Below are positions 29,879-40,983 of a stretch of DNA of 64,000 bases, in pieces. The stretch spans positions 32,001-96,000 of the forward strand of contig JBCCWC010000004.1 of the NCBI GenBank assembly GCA_039194325.1, read 5' to 3'. A program made the translations under genes and the position numbers. The notes beneath the pieces are model-generated. The model was not told where the DNA came from, searched no databases, and saw only the letters and a program-made list of their open reading frames with translations. Within the stretch, counting starts at the first letter, position 1. Every line of letters begins with the position of its first letter. This stretch comes from Myxococcota bacterium. Its GTDB lineage: Bacteria; Myxococcota_A; Polyangia; Nannocystales; Nannocystaceae.

Positions 29879-32800
29879 ATGACCGGACCTAACGCGACGA
29901 CCAACCCACGCAAGCGACTGCTCCTTGGACTCACCGCCCTCGCTGTGATCGGGGCCACAGCTGCGCTGGTCGTCCTCAAGCCGTGGAAGACCCCGCCACC
30001 CGTGACCACCGCCCAGCTCGCCGCCAAGCTTGAGCTGGCTGCGGGCGAGGTGCTGCTCGAGACCAGCGAAGGCGACGACGCGGGCCGGCGCGTACTCTCC
30101 GGGACGCCGCTGCCCGAAGGTGCCCGCCTGCGCACTGGGCCCGGCGCCCGCGCGCTCGTTCGACTCGGCGACGGCGCGCGGATCTACCTCGACGAAGGAG
30201 CCGCGGTGCAGCTGCAAGACGGGCTCGTGCTCCACGAGGGACGAGCTTGGCTCGACGCCCCGAGGCTGGAGCGGGGACAGACGCCAACCCCCCACCGGGT
30301 CGGTGACGCCACGGTCGCGCTCTCGGAGGGCGGCGCCAGCCTGGAGCTCCGCGACGAAGCGGTCACCGTCTACGTTGCCGAGGGCTTGGCGATCGTCACC
30401 GGTCCGGGTGGCCGCACCGAGGTCGCCGCCGGCGAGCGGGTGCGGATCGAGGGATCCAGCGCCCCCGCCGTGCAGCCGGTGGCGTTCTGGGACGACTGGA
30501 CCGGAGGCATGGGCGATCGCAGCGGCCTCGGCGGTCGGCGCTCGGTGGGCTCGGGCAGCCTCTACGCCGTCGATCGCCGCGCGGCCCCGGGCTCACCCGC
30601 CCTCCCCTTGCAGATCCAGAGCCAGTCGGTGCAGGTGGTCATGCGCGACGAGCTGGCCGAGACAAAGGTGGATCAGCGCTTCTTCAACCCCTCGGGGCGC
30701 GACGTGGAGGGCTACTATTGGTTTACGATCCCCGAGGGCAGCCACCTGGTGAGCTTTGCCCTCGAGACCAACGGCCAGCTCGTCGAGGGCGAGATCGTCG
30801 AGCGCAAGGAGGCAGCAGCGACCTACGAGGCCGCGGTGCAGCGCGCCAACGATCCAGCGCTGCTCGAGTGGATCGACGAGCACACGGTCCGCGCCCGGAT
30901 CTTCCCCGTGCCCTCGCTTGGCACCCGGCGGATCGTAGTGCGCTACCAACAGCTGCTGACCGAAGCCGAGGGCAAGCTACGCTACAGCTACCCCCTGGCC
31001 GGACCGGTGGGCAAGCAGACCGCGAGCATCGAGGACTTCTCGCTCGCCGTCGACCTGGGCGAGCTGAGCCAGCGCTACGACGTAGCCACCCTGGCCGAAG
31101 CCCGGCTCGAAGACAACGGCCAGCGGATCACGATGCGCCGTAGCGGATACACCCCGCGCGCCGACTTTCAGCTGGAGCTGACCCGCAAGCCCGGTCAGGA
31201 GCCACCGCCGCTGCGGCTGTCCATGCTGGAGCCCGGCGGCGACCAGGCTCGCTACGTCATGGTGCGCTACACCCCCACCGTCGATTTCGACGCGGTGCCC
31301 ATGCCCAAGGGGCAGGTCGTGGTCGTGGTCGACACCTCGGCCGCAGGCGATCCCGCCGAGTACCAGACCCGGCTCGCGGTGGCAGAGGCCTTCTTGCGCA
31401 GCCTGAGCACGGACGACGAGTTTGCGGTGATGAGCGCCGACGTACGCGCACAGGTGCTCTATCCGGACTCGGCGCCCGACTCGGCAATGGCCCCGGCCGA
31501 GCCCCAGGCCGTGTCCGCCGCGCTCGAACGACTGGCTGAGCACGGCACCGGCGGCGCCACCGATCTGGGCGCGATCTTCGAGCTGGCGCTCGCTCGGGTC
31601 CACGGGCAAGAGCAGCCCGCCATCGTCTACATCGGCGACGGCCTGGCCACCAGCGGAGAACGAGGTGGCGATGCCCTCGCCGAGCGTCTGCGCCGAAGCA
31701 TGACCGGCTCCCGCGCACGGCTGTTCACCGTGGGCGTGGGGCAAGAGGTCGACGAGCCCCTCCTGTCCGGGCTGGCCCGTATAGGCGGCGGAATCAACGT
31801 GCGGGTGCAGACCCCCGAGCAAGCAATCGTGCGCGCGCTCGAGCTGTCCGGGGCGCTCAAGACCCCCACCATCACCGATCTACGGATCGATCTGGGCGAA
31901 GGGCTCGACGACGTATTCACCAGCACGACCGGCAAGCTCTCACGCGGCCAGGGGCTGGTGCTGCTCGCCCGCACCCATCACGATCTACCCGACGAGGTCA
32001 CCGTATACGGCCGGCTCGGTGGCAAAGACTTCGAGCACACCCACCCGCTGACCCGCACCGGCGGGGTCACCGTCCAGGTGGTCCCGCGGCTGTGGGCCGC
32101 GGCGTACATCGAGCGCTTGCTCGGGGACAGCCGAGGCCCCGAGGCTGTGCGCGGCAAGATCCTCTCGCTGGGCCTGGAGTATGGCTTGATGAGCCCCTAC
32201 ACCTCGGTGCTCGCGCTGGAGAACGAGCAGGCCTACGCGGCCTCGGGGATCCAGCGTCGGCAGCGAACGATGGGCGGCGTTCGCCTGACCGCCAACCTCG
32301 CCCAGCGGGTGCCCCAGCGCGTCCCGCCCTCGCGACCCGACACCAGCGACGTGCTGGCCGGGTTCTTCAGCGCGCCCTTCGGCTGTCAGGCCCAATCGCC
32401 CCGCTCCGGCGACAACGCACAGGTGGCAGCGGTCGTCCAAGAGGCTCCGAGTCTCTCCACCCCCGCGGCATCGACCCCAGCTTCACCCCCCCCTCCCCCG
32501 CCTGTCGCGGCCGAGCCCACGCCCGAGCCCGCGCCCGAGTCCGCGCCTATGGCCCAGCCCAAGCCCACGTCCAAGTTCAAGCGAGCGAGCGCCGAGGACA
32601 CCAAGCAGAGGTTGGCGGCCGAGAGGTCCACGCAGATCATCCAGACCGAGACACGCGGAGCGAGCGTCGAAGAGACCATCGCCGGACTACCGGCCGGCGG
32701 CAAGGAAGGCGACGGGGCTGCCGACGATACGCCCGGGCTCGCCGAGGTCCACGAAGACGTGAACCTACCGGCCAAGCCCTTGAGCAACCAGACCGGGCGC

Positions 32801-34186
32801 ACGAAGAGTCCACAAGAGGATCGCCAACGAAACCGACCCACGGTGCGCTCCAATGTCGTCCGCAATCGCTCCCTGCCGTGCAGCGATGCCTCGGCCCGCG
32901 GCCTGGTCCACCGACGGATCCTGTGGCGCAAGCGATTGCGAGCGGTCACCACCATGACCGAAGCGCTCGAGATCTACGAGGCGTCGGCGGGGAGCTGCGA
33001 GATCCGCAATTGGAAGGACCAGCGCACCTTCCTCGGCTTGCTCCAGGGCCAAGCCCGCACCGAGGCCAACATCGACCTGATGCTCGGTCACTTCGGCGAC
33101 GAATCCGACGCGGCCCGCTACCTCGCGCGGGCGCTGCTGCGGCGCCTGGTCGACCCCGCCCTCGTCGCTGCGGTGGATCGGGCCATGTTCGGCGCGCAGG
33201 TCGACTGGAGCGACGTCGACCGCCGCGTGGTGTTGGCGCTGACGCCGGGCGACAAGCTCGAGATCGTCCGCGGCGCCCTGGCCCGCGCCCCGGGCGATCC
33301 CGAGGGCGAGCTTCGAATGCTGGAGCTGCTGGTCGCCAGCGACCGACTCGACGAGGCGGTCAGCCGGGGCCGACGCTTACGCGAGCAGGGCCTGATGACT
33401 CCCGCCCTGGCCCAGTCGCTGGGCGAGATCATGGTCGCCCACGGCCAGACCGAGGAGGCGCAGCGCCTGTTCTCCGAGCTGGTCGAGTTCGATCCCGCCA
33501 GCCCGGTCAGCCGGCGCCTGCTTGGCGACATCTTCTTGCGCCATGGCTGGTACGACAGCGCCTACCGTCAGTACGAAGATCTGATCGAACTCGATGCCGA
33601 AGATCCGCTCGCAGCGATCCGACTGGCCCGCGCCGCGGCCGGGACCGGCCGGGTCGACGAGGCCCTCCGAACCTTGCGCAAGATCGCGGCCGGCGAAGGT
33701 CGGCCCGGAGCCGACGACCCACGCCGCTTCGCCCGGCTGCACGCGGCCGCCTACCTCGCCGAGCTGCTGCAAGACGCCGACGACTCGTCCGAGATCCCCC
33801 GGGCTAGCATCGTCCGCGAGCTCCGTCGGCTCCAGCTCTTCGACGGGCCGTCCACGTGGACGCTGCTGGTGTGGGAGGATCTGCAGGCCCAGCTGGTGAT
33901 GGCGCCGATCGATCCCGCCGCGCCGGCCTACACCGCAGACGCCCTGAGCGCAGCAGATACCGGGCTGTTCGCTCGACAGGCGCCGCCGGCGGAGCTCGCC
34001 GCGCTGACCGTCCGCCACGCGGGGGAGGTCATGAACCGAGCGGTGAAGTTCACGAAGCTCACGATCCGCTTCGATGGAAAGGAGTTCAGCGTGGATCGCG
34101 AGCAAGGGGAGCTACCCGCTCGTCAATCACGGTTGATCGCCACCCCCGACGAAGAGCCCGCCGAACCTACCCTTGAGCCCGGCTAG
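29879..34186 (+). CDS. FecR-VIT-vWA-TPR multidomain membrane protein
   Basis: N-terminal TM; FecR-like region; VIT (VDQRFFNPSGRDVEGYYWFTIP...DPALLEW); vWA (VVDTS, GATDL, YIGDG); LMSPYTS; C-terminal TPRs. Confidence 0.85.
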   Translation: MTGPNATTNPRKRLLLGLTALAVIGATAALVVLKPWKTPPPVTTAQLAAKLELAAGEVLLETSEGDDAGRRVLSGTPLPEGARLRTGPGARALVRLGDGARIYLDEGAAVQLQDGLVLHEGRAWLDAPRLERGQTPTPHRVGDATVALSEGGASLELRDEAVTVYVAEGLAIVTGPGGRTEVAAGERVRIEGSSAPAVQPVAFWDDWTGGMGDRSGLGGRRSVGSGSLYAVDRRAAPGSPALPLQIQSQSVQVVMRDELAETKVDQRFFNPSGRDVEGYYWFTIPEGSHLVSFALETNGQLVEGEIVERKEAAATYEAAVQRANDPALLEWIDEHTVRARIFPVPSLGTRRIVVRYQQLLTEAEGKLRYSYPLAGPVGKQTASIEDFSLAVDLGELSQRYDVATLAEARLEDNGQRITMRRSGYTPRADFQLELTRKPGQEPPPLRLSMLEPGGDQARYVMVRYTPTVDFDAVPMPKGQVVVVVDTSAAGDPAEYQTRLAVAEAFLRSLSTDDEFAVMSADVRAQVLYPDSAPDSAMAPAEPQAVSAALERLAEHGTGGATDLGAIFELALARVHGQEQPAIVYIGDGLATSGERGGDALAERLRRSMTGSRARLFTVGVGQEVDEPLLSGLARIGGGINVRVQTPEQAIVRALELSGALKTPTITDLRIDLGEGLDDVFTSTTGKLSRGQGLVLLARTHHDLPDEVTVYGRLGGKDFEHTHPLTRTGGVTVQVVPRLWAAAYIERLLGDSRGPEAVRGKILSLGLEYGLMSPYTSVLALENEQAYAASGIQRRQRTMGGVRLTANLAQRVPQRVPPSRPDTSDVLAGFFSAPFGCQAQSPRSGDNAQVAAVVQEAPSLSTPAASTPASPPPPPPVAAEPTPEPAPESAPMAQPKPTSKFKRASAEDTKQRLAAERSTQIIQTETRGASVEETIAGLPAGGKEGDGAADDTPGLAEVHEDVNLPAKPLSNQTGRTKSPQEDRQRNRPTVRSNVVRNRSLPCSDASARGLVHRRILWRKRLRAVTTMTEALEIYEASAGSCEIRNWKDQRTFLGLLQGQARTEANIDLMLGHFGDESDAARYLARALLRRLVDPALVAAVDRAMFGAQVDWSDVDRRVVLALTPGDKLEIVRGALARAPGDPEGELRMLELLVASDRLDEAVSRGRRLREQGLMTPALAQSLGEIMVAHGQTEEAQRLFSELVEFDPASPVSRRLLGDIFLRHGWYDSAYRQYEDLIELDAEDPLAAIRLARAAAGTGRVDEALRTLRKIAAGEGRPGADDPRRFARLHAAAYLAELLQDADDSSEIPRASIVRELRRLQLFDGPSTWTLLVWEDLQAQLVMAPIDPAAPAYTADALSAADTGLFARQAPPAELAALTVRHAGEVMNRAVKFTKLTIRFDGKEFSVDREQGELPARQSRLIATPDEEPAEPTLEPG

Positions 34187-34261
34187 TGCCCATTGCCGGG
34201 AGTTCGTGCCGGAGCCCATCGATCACCATCGTCACGGCTCGACACGAGCCATCGAGCCAGC

Positions 34262-34738
34262 CTACTTGACCTCGAAGACCTCGTAGATGACACCACCGTC
34301 ACCGGTACGCCCCTTGCCTACAGCAATGATGCCGTTGAGCCACGCATACCGCTTGTCCGCTGTCTCGAACACGGGGTTGGTCCGAAAGTAGTAGCGCTCC
34401 TGGGCACCCTTCGGATCGTCGCGCTTGGTGAAGTCCAAGGCGTAGGCAAAGCACTCCTCCGAGGCGACCAAGCGCCCCCCGTAGGTCATCAGAATGAGCG
34501 CACCGTCATGTGTCTCTAGGGTCAATCGTACATCGATGACGACCGATCCGTCGGCCCGCAACTGGGACCAATCACCCCCGGACATCGGGATGACGCTCCC
34601 TTTGAGCTTAGGGCCCTCGAATGTGCCCGATAGTGCCATGAAGATCATACGATGACCTCCCGGGGTCGACCCGAGATCCATCGGGGGTTGAAGGGGGATC
34701 TTGATCTCGAACAGGAACTCGGTTTGTAGCTCGGACAT
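34262..34738 (-). CDS. DUF3237 protein
   Basis: GTFEGPKLKG..GGDW, DVRLTLETHDGALI and YFRTNPVFETADKRYAWLN. Confidence 0.85.
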   Translation of the reverse strand: MSELQTEFLFEIKIPLQPPMDLGSTPGGHRMIFMALSGTFEGPKLKGSVIPMSGGDWSQLRADGSVVIDVRLTLETHDGALILMTYGGRLVASEECFAYALDFTKRDDPKGAQERYYFRTNPVFETADKRYAWLNGIIAVGKGRTGDGGVIYEVFEVK

Positions 34739-35062
34739 CGTCGTCTCGTCTCACCTTGTGCCACGAGGTCATCAGAGGGACGATGCCCCCGAACGCTGGC
34801 CGAAGATCAGCCTATCGCCGCAGCGCCGTAAGTGCGAGACATCACCGATGATGAGGTCCGAAATCTACCGAGTGGTTGGCAGATCCACGCGTCGCCCCCT
34901 AAGGGATGCCCCTCCTCGCTGGTCGCGCGGCCAAATGGCGCCCTTCGACCGTCGCTCCCCACGGCTCATCGGTCGTTAGCGCCCAACCGAACGCTCTTGC
35001 CCGTGCCTGGTCTACAGTCCGGTGGCGCAGCCCTCGGGCGGCGAGGGCTGCACCATCGATTG

Positions 35063-37543
35063 CTACAGCTCGAGCGTGACGAGCTCAGGGTCGGCTTCGA
35101 TCTGCCCGTTGGTGAACGGCAATACCATCCAGTCGTTGCTGGACCACCGGGCGACCTGATCGAGAAACCACGGCGAGCGAGCCTCGGTAGCTTGACTGTA
35201 GGGCAACAAACCACTGGCCTGAGGATCTCCATCACCCAGGGTCACCACGTGCAGGTAGCTCGCGCCATAAAGAGACTCGGGCTCCACCCCGCTGAGGCTG
35301 CTCACCCACCCGTCGAAGGTATAGAAGCCATCGACGCTGACCATCGCGTCGAAGATCCCCTCGGCTTGGAGCCCGCCTGGCATCGCCACGCTCCCCGATG
35401 GGGTCAGCACCGAGTGCACATCTCCCCAGGGAGCATCGAGGGCAACGCCCGCCTGACCCAGCGAGACCGAGACTCGCGCGAGCGCATCGCGAACCGCCGC
35501 GCGCACCGACGGATCGGCGGTGTAGCCCGTCGGGGTCGCCAGCGGAGCGGCCAGCGACGCAGGAACCTCGAACATCAGCGAAGGATCGGGAAGGGCCATC
35601 CATAGGCCGCGGAACACCGCCGCCCCAGGGCTAGCCACGGTATTGCGACGATCCCAGCCCGCCAGCGCGCTACAGGCCGGGCCCAAGTCGACGAGCATCC
35701 CCTCGTGCTCGCCAACCGGGTTCGCCTGGCAGTCGGCGACGATGCCATCGACCAGCAGCTCGCCACCCCGATTGCGCGCCTCGAAGAATACCTCTTGGGC
35801 CTGCTGCGCCGTAAATCCCGGCCCGCGCCCGTCGGCACCCGTCAGTCGATCTTCTATCATGTGCAACCCCAAGCTAGCCCGCAAGCTCAGGCCGGCCCCC
35901 TCGAGCCCCAGCACGGGGGAGAACCCCGTCAGCAGCTCGCCGAGGTTGGGGAGCTCGTGCGAGTTGTTGCTGTTGGCGACGTAGTCGGAGCGTAGGGCCC
36001 CAGGCAGTTGCTCGGGCGGCAACAGCCCGCTCCAGCCACACTCGGCCCGCGAGCCATCGAGCACCACGATGCCGAACGACAGCAGCGCCGAGCCCGTGGG
36101 CGTGGTCACGCACTCGGTCACGTGCTCGGTGCTGACGTCGGGAACCGCCGATATATCCCCGAACAACACCTCCCCCTGCGAATCGCTCGCCACCACATAG
36201 GACCACGGGATCCCCTGGAGCTCTTCCAGCGAGTCGCGAAGTTCCTGCACATGGCTCGCCTGAGCGATCCGCAGCAGCTGCTCGACCAATCGAGTGTTGG
36301 TCGCGTTGACGTCCTGCACGGCGAACGCCGTGCTCGCCGTCCACGGCAAGAAGAACGAAGGCGCGTCGATCACCGGCCGCGATTGCGCGCGATAAAAGGG
36401 CACCGCGCGGGGCTTGGGCTCACCGAGCACGTCGATGGAGAGCACGTCCTGCTCGATCGTCTCGATCGCGCCGTCGACCGTATACGACAGCGGATCGCCG
36501 GTCAGCGCCAGCTCGGCGACCGTATAACGCGAGGCATTCGAGAACGTCAGCCCCCACGCGATCTGGCGGGAAAAGCCCGCTGCAGGCAACGCAAAGCCCC
36601 CCAAGGCGGCTCCCATCACGTCCAGCTGCCCCGGGATCGTCACATGCACCATGTAGAGGCGCTCGATTCCCGCCCAGGGAAAGTGCGGGTTGTATAGATG
36701 AAGCGAGGTACCGTCGGTGGTCGCGTCCTCGCCGATCGCCCACGCGTTGCTGCCCACGGGAGGGCGACTCGCCGGTGGCCCTTGCCAGGGCGCGGGGCTC
36801 GGAGGCTCGGCCCCCATCGCCGCGTCGGGGGGCGAAGCGGCCACCAGGGGGATCAGCGACTCCCCGCTGGCCACCGTGGCCGCCGCGACCCACAGCCGAT
36901 AGAGGTCGGCCGCGGTCAGCTCGGCGGTGAGCTCCACCTCGCACGCCGGACTACCGGGGTGGTCGTCGAGATACCGATTCACGCCCGCCGCGTAGCCCTC
37001 GGCAAGCTCGACCACTTCGGGAGCACCCGCCGCAAAGCCGGCCTCGATCGCTGCCGGATCGAACCAGCCTCGATAGAAACGATCCGACTGGAGCGCCGAA
37101 ACGGTCACGTCGTGTACGTGGTGGGTCACCGGAGCATCCGCACCCAGCTGGGCGGCGAGCCGCCCGTTGACCTCTTCAATCCGACGCACCAAGAGGCACC
37201 GATTGTCCTGCGTATAGGCGTAACCCACCCCGTAGCCGATCCCGAAGTAGTCGTCGGCGCTCACGTGCACGATCCCGTGGCTCGTGCGCCGCAGCGTCAC
37301 TCCCACTCCGGGGTCGACGTCGGTCTCCGTCTCGTCGGTGGTCGAACCGCTCGTCGCCGTCGACGACCCCAGCCCCGTGGAGGTCGCCGTAGAGTCCACC
37401 GCGTCAGTCGACGACACCGGCGCTCCGGTCGTCGGGCCCATGGGCCCGCTCGTGGTAGAGCCCCCCGGCTGCTCGGTCACGGGGTCGGAGGTACAGGACG
37501 CGCCGATCAGCACGGCGAGCATGGACACTGGAAGAAACCGCAT
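35063..37543 (-). CDS. penicillin acylase-family Ntn hydrolase (PvdQ/AHL-acylase-like) lipoprotein
   Basis: Lipobox GASC; RRTSHGIVHV, GSNAWAIG (nucleophile Ser), NPHFPW, DYVANSN and YSQA. Confidence 0.88.
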   Translation of the reverse strand: MRFLPVSMLAVLIGASCTSDPVTEQPGGSTTSGPMGPTTGAPVSSTDAVDSTATSTGLGSSTATSGSTTDETETDVDPGVGVTLRRTSHGIVHVSADDYFGIGYGVGYAYTQDNRCLLVRRIEEVNGRLAAQLGADAPVTHHVHDVTVSALQSDRFYRGWFDPAAIEAGFAAGAPEVVELAEGYAAGVNRYLDDHPGSPACEVELTAELTAADLYRLWVAAATVASGESLIPLVAASPPDAAMGAEPPSPAPWQGPPASRPPVGSNAWAIGEDATTDGTSLHLYNPHFPWAGIERLYMVHVTIPGQLDVMGAALGGFALPAAGFSRQIAWGLTFSNASRYTVAELALTGDPLSYTVDGAIETIEQDVLSIDVLGEPKPRAVPFYRAQSRPVIDAPSFFLPWTASTAFAVQDVNATNTRLVEQLLRIAQASHVQELRDSLEELQGIPWSYVVASDSQGEVLFGDISAVPDVSTEHVTECVTTPTGSALLSFGIVVLDGSRAECGWSGLLPPEQLPGALRSDYVANSNNSHELPNLGELLTGFSPVLGLEGAGLSLRASLGLHMIEDRLTGADGRGPGFTAQQAQEVFFEARNRGGELLVDGIVADCQANPVGEHEGMLVDLGPACSALAGWDRRNTVASPGAAVFRGLWMALPDPSLMFEVPASLAAPLATPTGYTADPSVRAAVRDALARVSVSLGQAGVALDAPWGDVHSVLTPSGSVAMPGGLQAEGIFDAMVSVDGFYTFDGWVSSLSGVEPESLYGASYLHVVTLGDGDPQASGLLPYSQATEARSPWFLDQVARWSSNDWMVLPFTNGQIEADPELVTLEL

Positions 37544-37567
37544 CGGATCGCTCCTCGTAGGTATGGA

Positions 37568-38632
37568 CTACGTCACTCCCACCCACCACCCCGACTCGGC
37601 CCCGAGGCGGAGCCAGCGACCGAGCTCTTGCTCGAGCTGCGACCGCTGGTCGGGCTTGCAGGCCGCGCGTACGGCCTCTAGCGCCTCGCCCACCGTCTCC
37701 TTGGCGGCCCGGGCCAACAGGCGGGCGAAGATCGGGTGCACCCGAACCGAGCCCACGGCCCGGGGACCCCGATGGAACACCCAATAGTGAGGGTGAGGGT
37801 GTTGAGACACCTCGACCGCACGGGTCGTTGCCGGCTTGCGATAGCCCAACGCCGCCAGCTCCCAGTCCTCGCGCACCAGGCTGAACGACGCCGAGAACCT
37901 CAGGCGACATGGGGCCAGTCGATCCGGATCGACGATAGGCTGCTCCCAGCGCACGAACGAACCCGCGAGCATCGCCCGGCGTTGCGCTTCGTCCATCGAT
38001 AAGGCCTGCCGCACGAGCGTGAGCGGAGCCGGGGACCGAGCCAGTTGCTGACAGCAAGGGTCGGTGCGCGCTCGCTCGTCGAGCGGCAGGTCACAAAGGC
38101 GCGTCTGGTCGACCTCGTAGGCGCCGCGCGAGGACGTGCGCCCCGCCGCCATGCCCTGCAGAGCACGGCCGATCCGGCCGTGAAACCCGTTCGCGCATTG
38201 GTCGAGATCGTGGTGAGCCGGTGGACGCTCGCTCAGGTGGATCTGGGCGAGATGATTGAACCGCCACGGGCCCAACACATGCGTCAGCCGCCGGAATGCG
38301 GTCTGCATCGTGTTGAACAGCCGCATCCAGTACTGCGATTGGTACACCTCGAGGCGCTCGACAACCCCCGGCTCGCTCCCGCCGGCCAACGCCGTCGATC
38401 GTTCGAGGGCCGCGCGCAGGGCGGGCGAGCAGGCGTCGGGATCTGGCTCGAACCGACCACGCTCGGTCCGCAGCGGCGTCCGGAGCATCGCGCCGAACTC
38501 GCCCTGCAGCTGAGCCCACCACGCCGGCACCGACGGGTCCACCTTTGACGCGTGGGGGGCCGCCAGCGTGCGAGACGACGGGCCAGCCGATCCTCGTCGG
38601 GGGGCACTATCGGCCAGCTCCTCGTTGCTCAC
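37568..38632 (-). CDS. DUF2063-like (HvfC/BufC-type) partner of DUF692
   Basis: LQGEFGAMLR...ERLEVYQSQYWMRL...F..L..VLG...F pattern. GTG start overlaps the DUF692 stop. Confidence 0.75.
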   Translation of the reverse strand: MSNEELADSAPRRGSAGPSSRTLAAPHASKVDPSVPAWWAQLQGEFGAMLRTPLRTERGRFEPDPDACSPALRAALERSTALAGGSEPGVVERLEVYQSQYWMRLFNTMQTAFRRLTHVLGPWRFNHLAQIHLSERPPAHHDLDQCANGFHGRIGRALQGMAAGRTSSRGAYEVDQTRLCDLPLDERARTDPCCQQLARSPAPLTLVRQALSMDEAQRRAMLAGSFVRWEQPIVDPDRLAPCRLRFSASFSLVREDWELAALGYRKPATTRAVEVSQHPHPHYWVFHRGPRAVGSVRVHPIFARLLARAAKETVGEALEAVRAACKPDQRSQLEQELGRWLRLGAESGWWVGVT

Positions 38633-39468
38633 GCGCGAACCTCCCGGGCACGTTCGAGCTGGCCGACCATCGTCGCGATCGGCGGGATCTGATGATCCCA
38701 CTCGAGCAGCGTGGGAAAAGGGCCACCCGCCTGCCACGCTCGCCGATAAAGCTCCCACACTTCATCGCTGACCTCTCGGTCGTGGGTATCGTGCGCGAGG
38801 CCATTGTCCAGCATCGAGTGCCCGGCCAGGTGGACTTGCAAGACTCGCGACCAGTCGATCGACTCGAGGTACGCGTGAGGATCGAACCCGTGATTGTGGG
38901 CGGAGACGTAGATATTATTGATGTCCAGCATATAGTAGCATCCCGATCGCTCGACCACCTGGCGGTAGAACTCATACTCGGGCATGGAATCCCGGGCCCA
39001 GGTCACATAGGACGAGAGGTTTTCGATCCCGAACGGAACCCCCAACAGATCCTGGACTCGGGCGGCGCGCTCGACCGCATAGTCGATCAGCGCCGGATCG
39101 TAGGGGCACGGCAACAGATCGTGGTGATGCACGCGCTCCGATGCCGTCCAGCACAGATGATCCGACGCATACGGGATCTCGAACTCCTCGATGAGCTGCT
39201 TGACCCGGCGTAGGTACCCTCGGTCGAGAGGATCGGCTCCCAACAAGTTGAGCGAGACCCCGTGCGCGACCACGGGATAACGCTCCCGGATCATCCGCAG
39301 GTGCCGACGAGGCAATTCCGCGACCCCGATGTAGTTCTCCGAGATGATCTCGAAGAAATCGACCTGAGCCCCGTGCTCCACGACCTCGGCGTAGTGCTCA
39401 GGACGCAGCCCCACGCCCACCGCGTCGGCGCCGAAGGCCGCCTCACTCGCCCGATGGCGACCACCCAT
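38629..39468 (-). CDS. DUF692 multinuclear non-heme iron oxidative enzyme (MbnB/TglH/ChrH/BufB family)
   Basis: GVGLRPEHY, FEIISENY, HGVSL, SDHLCW, DLLP, ENLSSY, LDINNIYVSAHN, HLAGH, DTH and TLLEWD. Confidence 0.93.
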   Translation of the reverse strand: MGGRHRASEAAFGADAVGVGLRPEHYAEVVEHGAQVDFFEIISENYIGVAELPRRHLRMIRERYPVVAHGVSLNLLGADPLDRGYLRRVKQLIEEFEIPYASDHLCWTASERVHHHDLLPCPYDPALIDYAVERAARVQDLLGVPFGIENLSSYVTWARDSMPEYEFYRQVVERSGCYYMLDINNIYVSAHNHGFDPHAYLESIDWSRVLQVHLAGHSMLDNGLAHDTHDREVSDEVWELYRRAWQAGGPFPTLLEWDHQIPPIATMVGQLERAREVRA

Positions 39469-39475
39469 CGTTCGA

Positions 39476-40693
<1,218 letters not shown>

Positions 40694-40822
40694 CGGGCTC
40701 CAGCTCCATCGACTCGCAGCGGGTCCTATCACACGGATTCTCCCTGGCGAAACGCGGCAAGTTGTCGCACGAACCCGGCGAGACGACAAACGAGCCAACT
40801 GCCACGCATCATGTTCATCTCT

Positions 40823-40857
40823 ATGTCGCATGTCGCATGTCGCATGTCGCATGTCTC
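40823..40857. repeat. 7-bp tandem repeat (ATGTCGC) x4 plus one variant
   Basis: Visible in the divergent intergenic region. Confidence 0.85.
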
Positions 40858-40983
40858 ATCTCTGCGACTGCGACATCGGGTCCTGCGACCATCGGTCGCA
40901 ACGCTGGGCAATGCTGCGACATCGGGTCGCGCTGCATCGACGGAGAACGCTCGATACGCGGCGTTCGTGATAGTTGTATCTCG

